Shown here one piece after another: positions 62,652-64,000 of a stretch of DNA of 64,000 nt. The stretch's first letter is position 1; every line of letters begins with the position of its first letter. The notes under the pieces were generated by a model. It ran no database searches and was not told the origin of the DNA. It worked only from the letters and a program-made list of their open reading frames with translations. The position numbers and the translations under genes were made by a program. The stretch covers positions 78,430,001-78,494,000 of the forward strand of contig OZ024741.1 of NCBI GenBank assembly GCA_964016885.1. Direction: 5' to 3'. Source of the DNA: Eledone cirrhosa (Eukaryota).

Positions 62652-62864
62652 GTAAATTTATATATACATTTACGCAATCTCGGTTCCCTCTATTTTGTGT
62701 GTTTATAGAGAATCTTATATACTTCGGTTGCTTAACACACAACTTTATATGTATTTCTATACATATAAAGTTGTGTGTTAAGCAACCGAAGTATATGATA
62801 AGATTCTCTGTAAACACACAGAATAGAGGGACCCGAAATTGCGTAAATGTATATATAAATTTAC
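62652..62864. repeat. Inverted repeat, ~103-bp arms, 4-nt loop
   Basis: Arms are reverse-complementary around TATATGTAT-TTCT-ATACATATA with few mismatches. Confidence 0.92.
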
Positions 62865-63467
62865 GAAACTACGGATTCATATATCCTGTGATAACTTTAT
62901 TACTTTCATTTTATTTACTTTCGCAGTTCACAGAGAGCATTTCTCTCCGCTCTCTTATTTTTTTAGCTCCCCTTTCCTGTCTTTCTCTCACTTTCTCATT
63001 CTCTCCCGCACATATTTCTATACTTCACTGTCGCTATCTTCGCAGTATTTAGTTACATCTATTTACGTTCTAGGTTCGAATCTCATCACGGCCGACATAA
63101 CATTTCATTCTTTCAGAGTTTCTCAAATTGTATCTTTTTTCTCTCTCGATCCTCATACTTTTCCTACACATTCTCCCCCCCCCTCTTCTTCTCTTTTCCA
63201 GATTCTAATTCTTTCTCTCCTCATGATTCTTTATCCCATTCTGTCTTTAACATTCTCTTTCTTTCTCTTTTTAACTTCCCCTTTTTTACACATTTTGCGG
63301 TTCATTCTTTCTCTCTTTGTCATTCGAAATTAGCTGTCAATCAGCATAGGAATGTAGGACAAATGGGTTAGATGAGTTGTCCTGTTATGAAACAAATCAG
63401 AGTGTCTTGCTCAGACAGAACTGTTTCTGGTTTGGTTTCTACAGCTGGATATCCTTCCTAATGCCAA

Positions 63468-63860
63468 CCACATTTACAGTGTCGACTGGGTGCTTTTTGT
63501 TTCACAAACATGACCAACTGACATGTTGAATTGGAGCTTTTTATCATGGCACCAAAACAACCACTTTACAGTGTGGCCTGGGCGTTTTTTGATGTCACCA
63601 ACACAACCAATTTCCAAGGTGCTTTTTGTCATGTTACCAATTCAACCACTCCACATGATGGATCAGATATCTTCTGTCACGGCAACACATGACCACTTAA
63701 CTGGGTGGACTGGGTGATTTTTGTCATGTCACCAACATGACCACCTTACAAGAAAGACTAGATACTCTTGTGTCATGTCCGCAGCATGAGCACCTTACAT
63801 GGTGGTCTAGGGGCTTTTGTTGTGTCACTAGCATGACCACCATACAGGGTGGACTAACCT
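63468..63860 (-). repeat. Diverged ~40-45-bp tandem array attached to an RTE-associated element
   Basis: About 9 units of CCACnTTACAGnGTGGACTGGGTGCTTTTTGTCATGTCACCAACATGA. The same unit occurs 2-3 times at 32130-32240. Confidence 0.75.
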
Positions 63861-64000
63861 ATATATATATATATATCTGCTGTCCTTTATCTATTTTAGA
63901 ACTGTAAAATTTGGTACTCTTGTTTGTGTCAAAAGATCCTTATCAATATCTGCCCACTATCCACCAACCATCGATTACCACCACCACTTTCTTCCTCATT

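Noticed and set aside
63468-63860. CRISPR-like array of palindromic repeats and spacers
   Set aside because: The 'spacers' are homologous to one another, repeats are degenerate, the context is eukaryotic, and there are no cas genes.

Overview
AT-rich eukaryotic DNA, dense in microsatellites and transposons. The SINE and repeat vocabulary looks like an octopus or other cephalopod genome (inference). No complete host gene is visible. Main mobile elements: (1) a disrupted RTE-clade LINE with three C-terminal C2H2 fingers (minus, ~2.5-6.3 kb; probable 5'UTR at ~11.3-11.6 kb); (2) a near-full-length R4/Dong RLE retrotransposon (7.7-11.2 kb) plus four more Dong fragments; (3) a Penelope-like element (PLE) forming a 3.45-kb fold-back palindrome between (TA)n tracts (12.7-16.2 kb); (4) a second PLE fragment with a well-formed hammerhead ribozyme; (5) decayed RTEs, one with a PHD-like finger inside the RT; (6) a DD37D (maT) Tc1/mariner element; (7) a full-length Tx1/L1-type LINE stacked with Dong copies and a solo LTR in one (TAA)n locus; (8) a compact Gypsy-type LTR element with a clear -1 frameshift signal. 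Many SINEs, CR1/L2 relics and a piggyBac-like MITE fill the rest. A possible first coding exon (41.1 kb, minus) and exon-like segments (32.7-33.7 kb and 54.7-56.1 kb) hint at unidentified host genes or pseudogenes. The most interesting signals are the PLE fold-back, whose junctions record self-primed cDNA synthesis and whose layout recurs at smaller scale, and a recurring split-core hammerhead-like motif in PLE termini. All calls were made by eye; no database searches were run.
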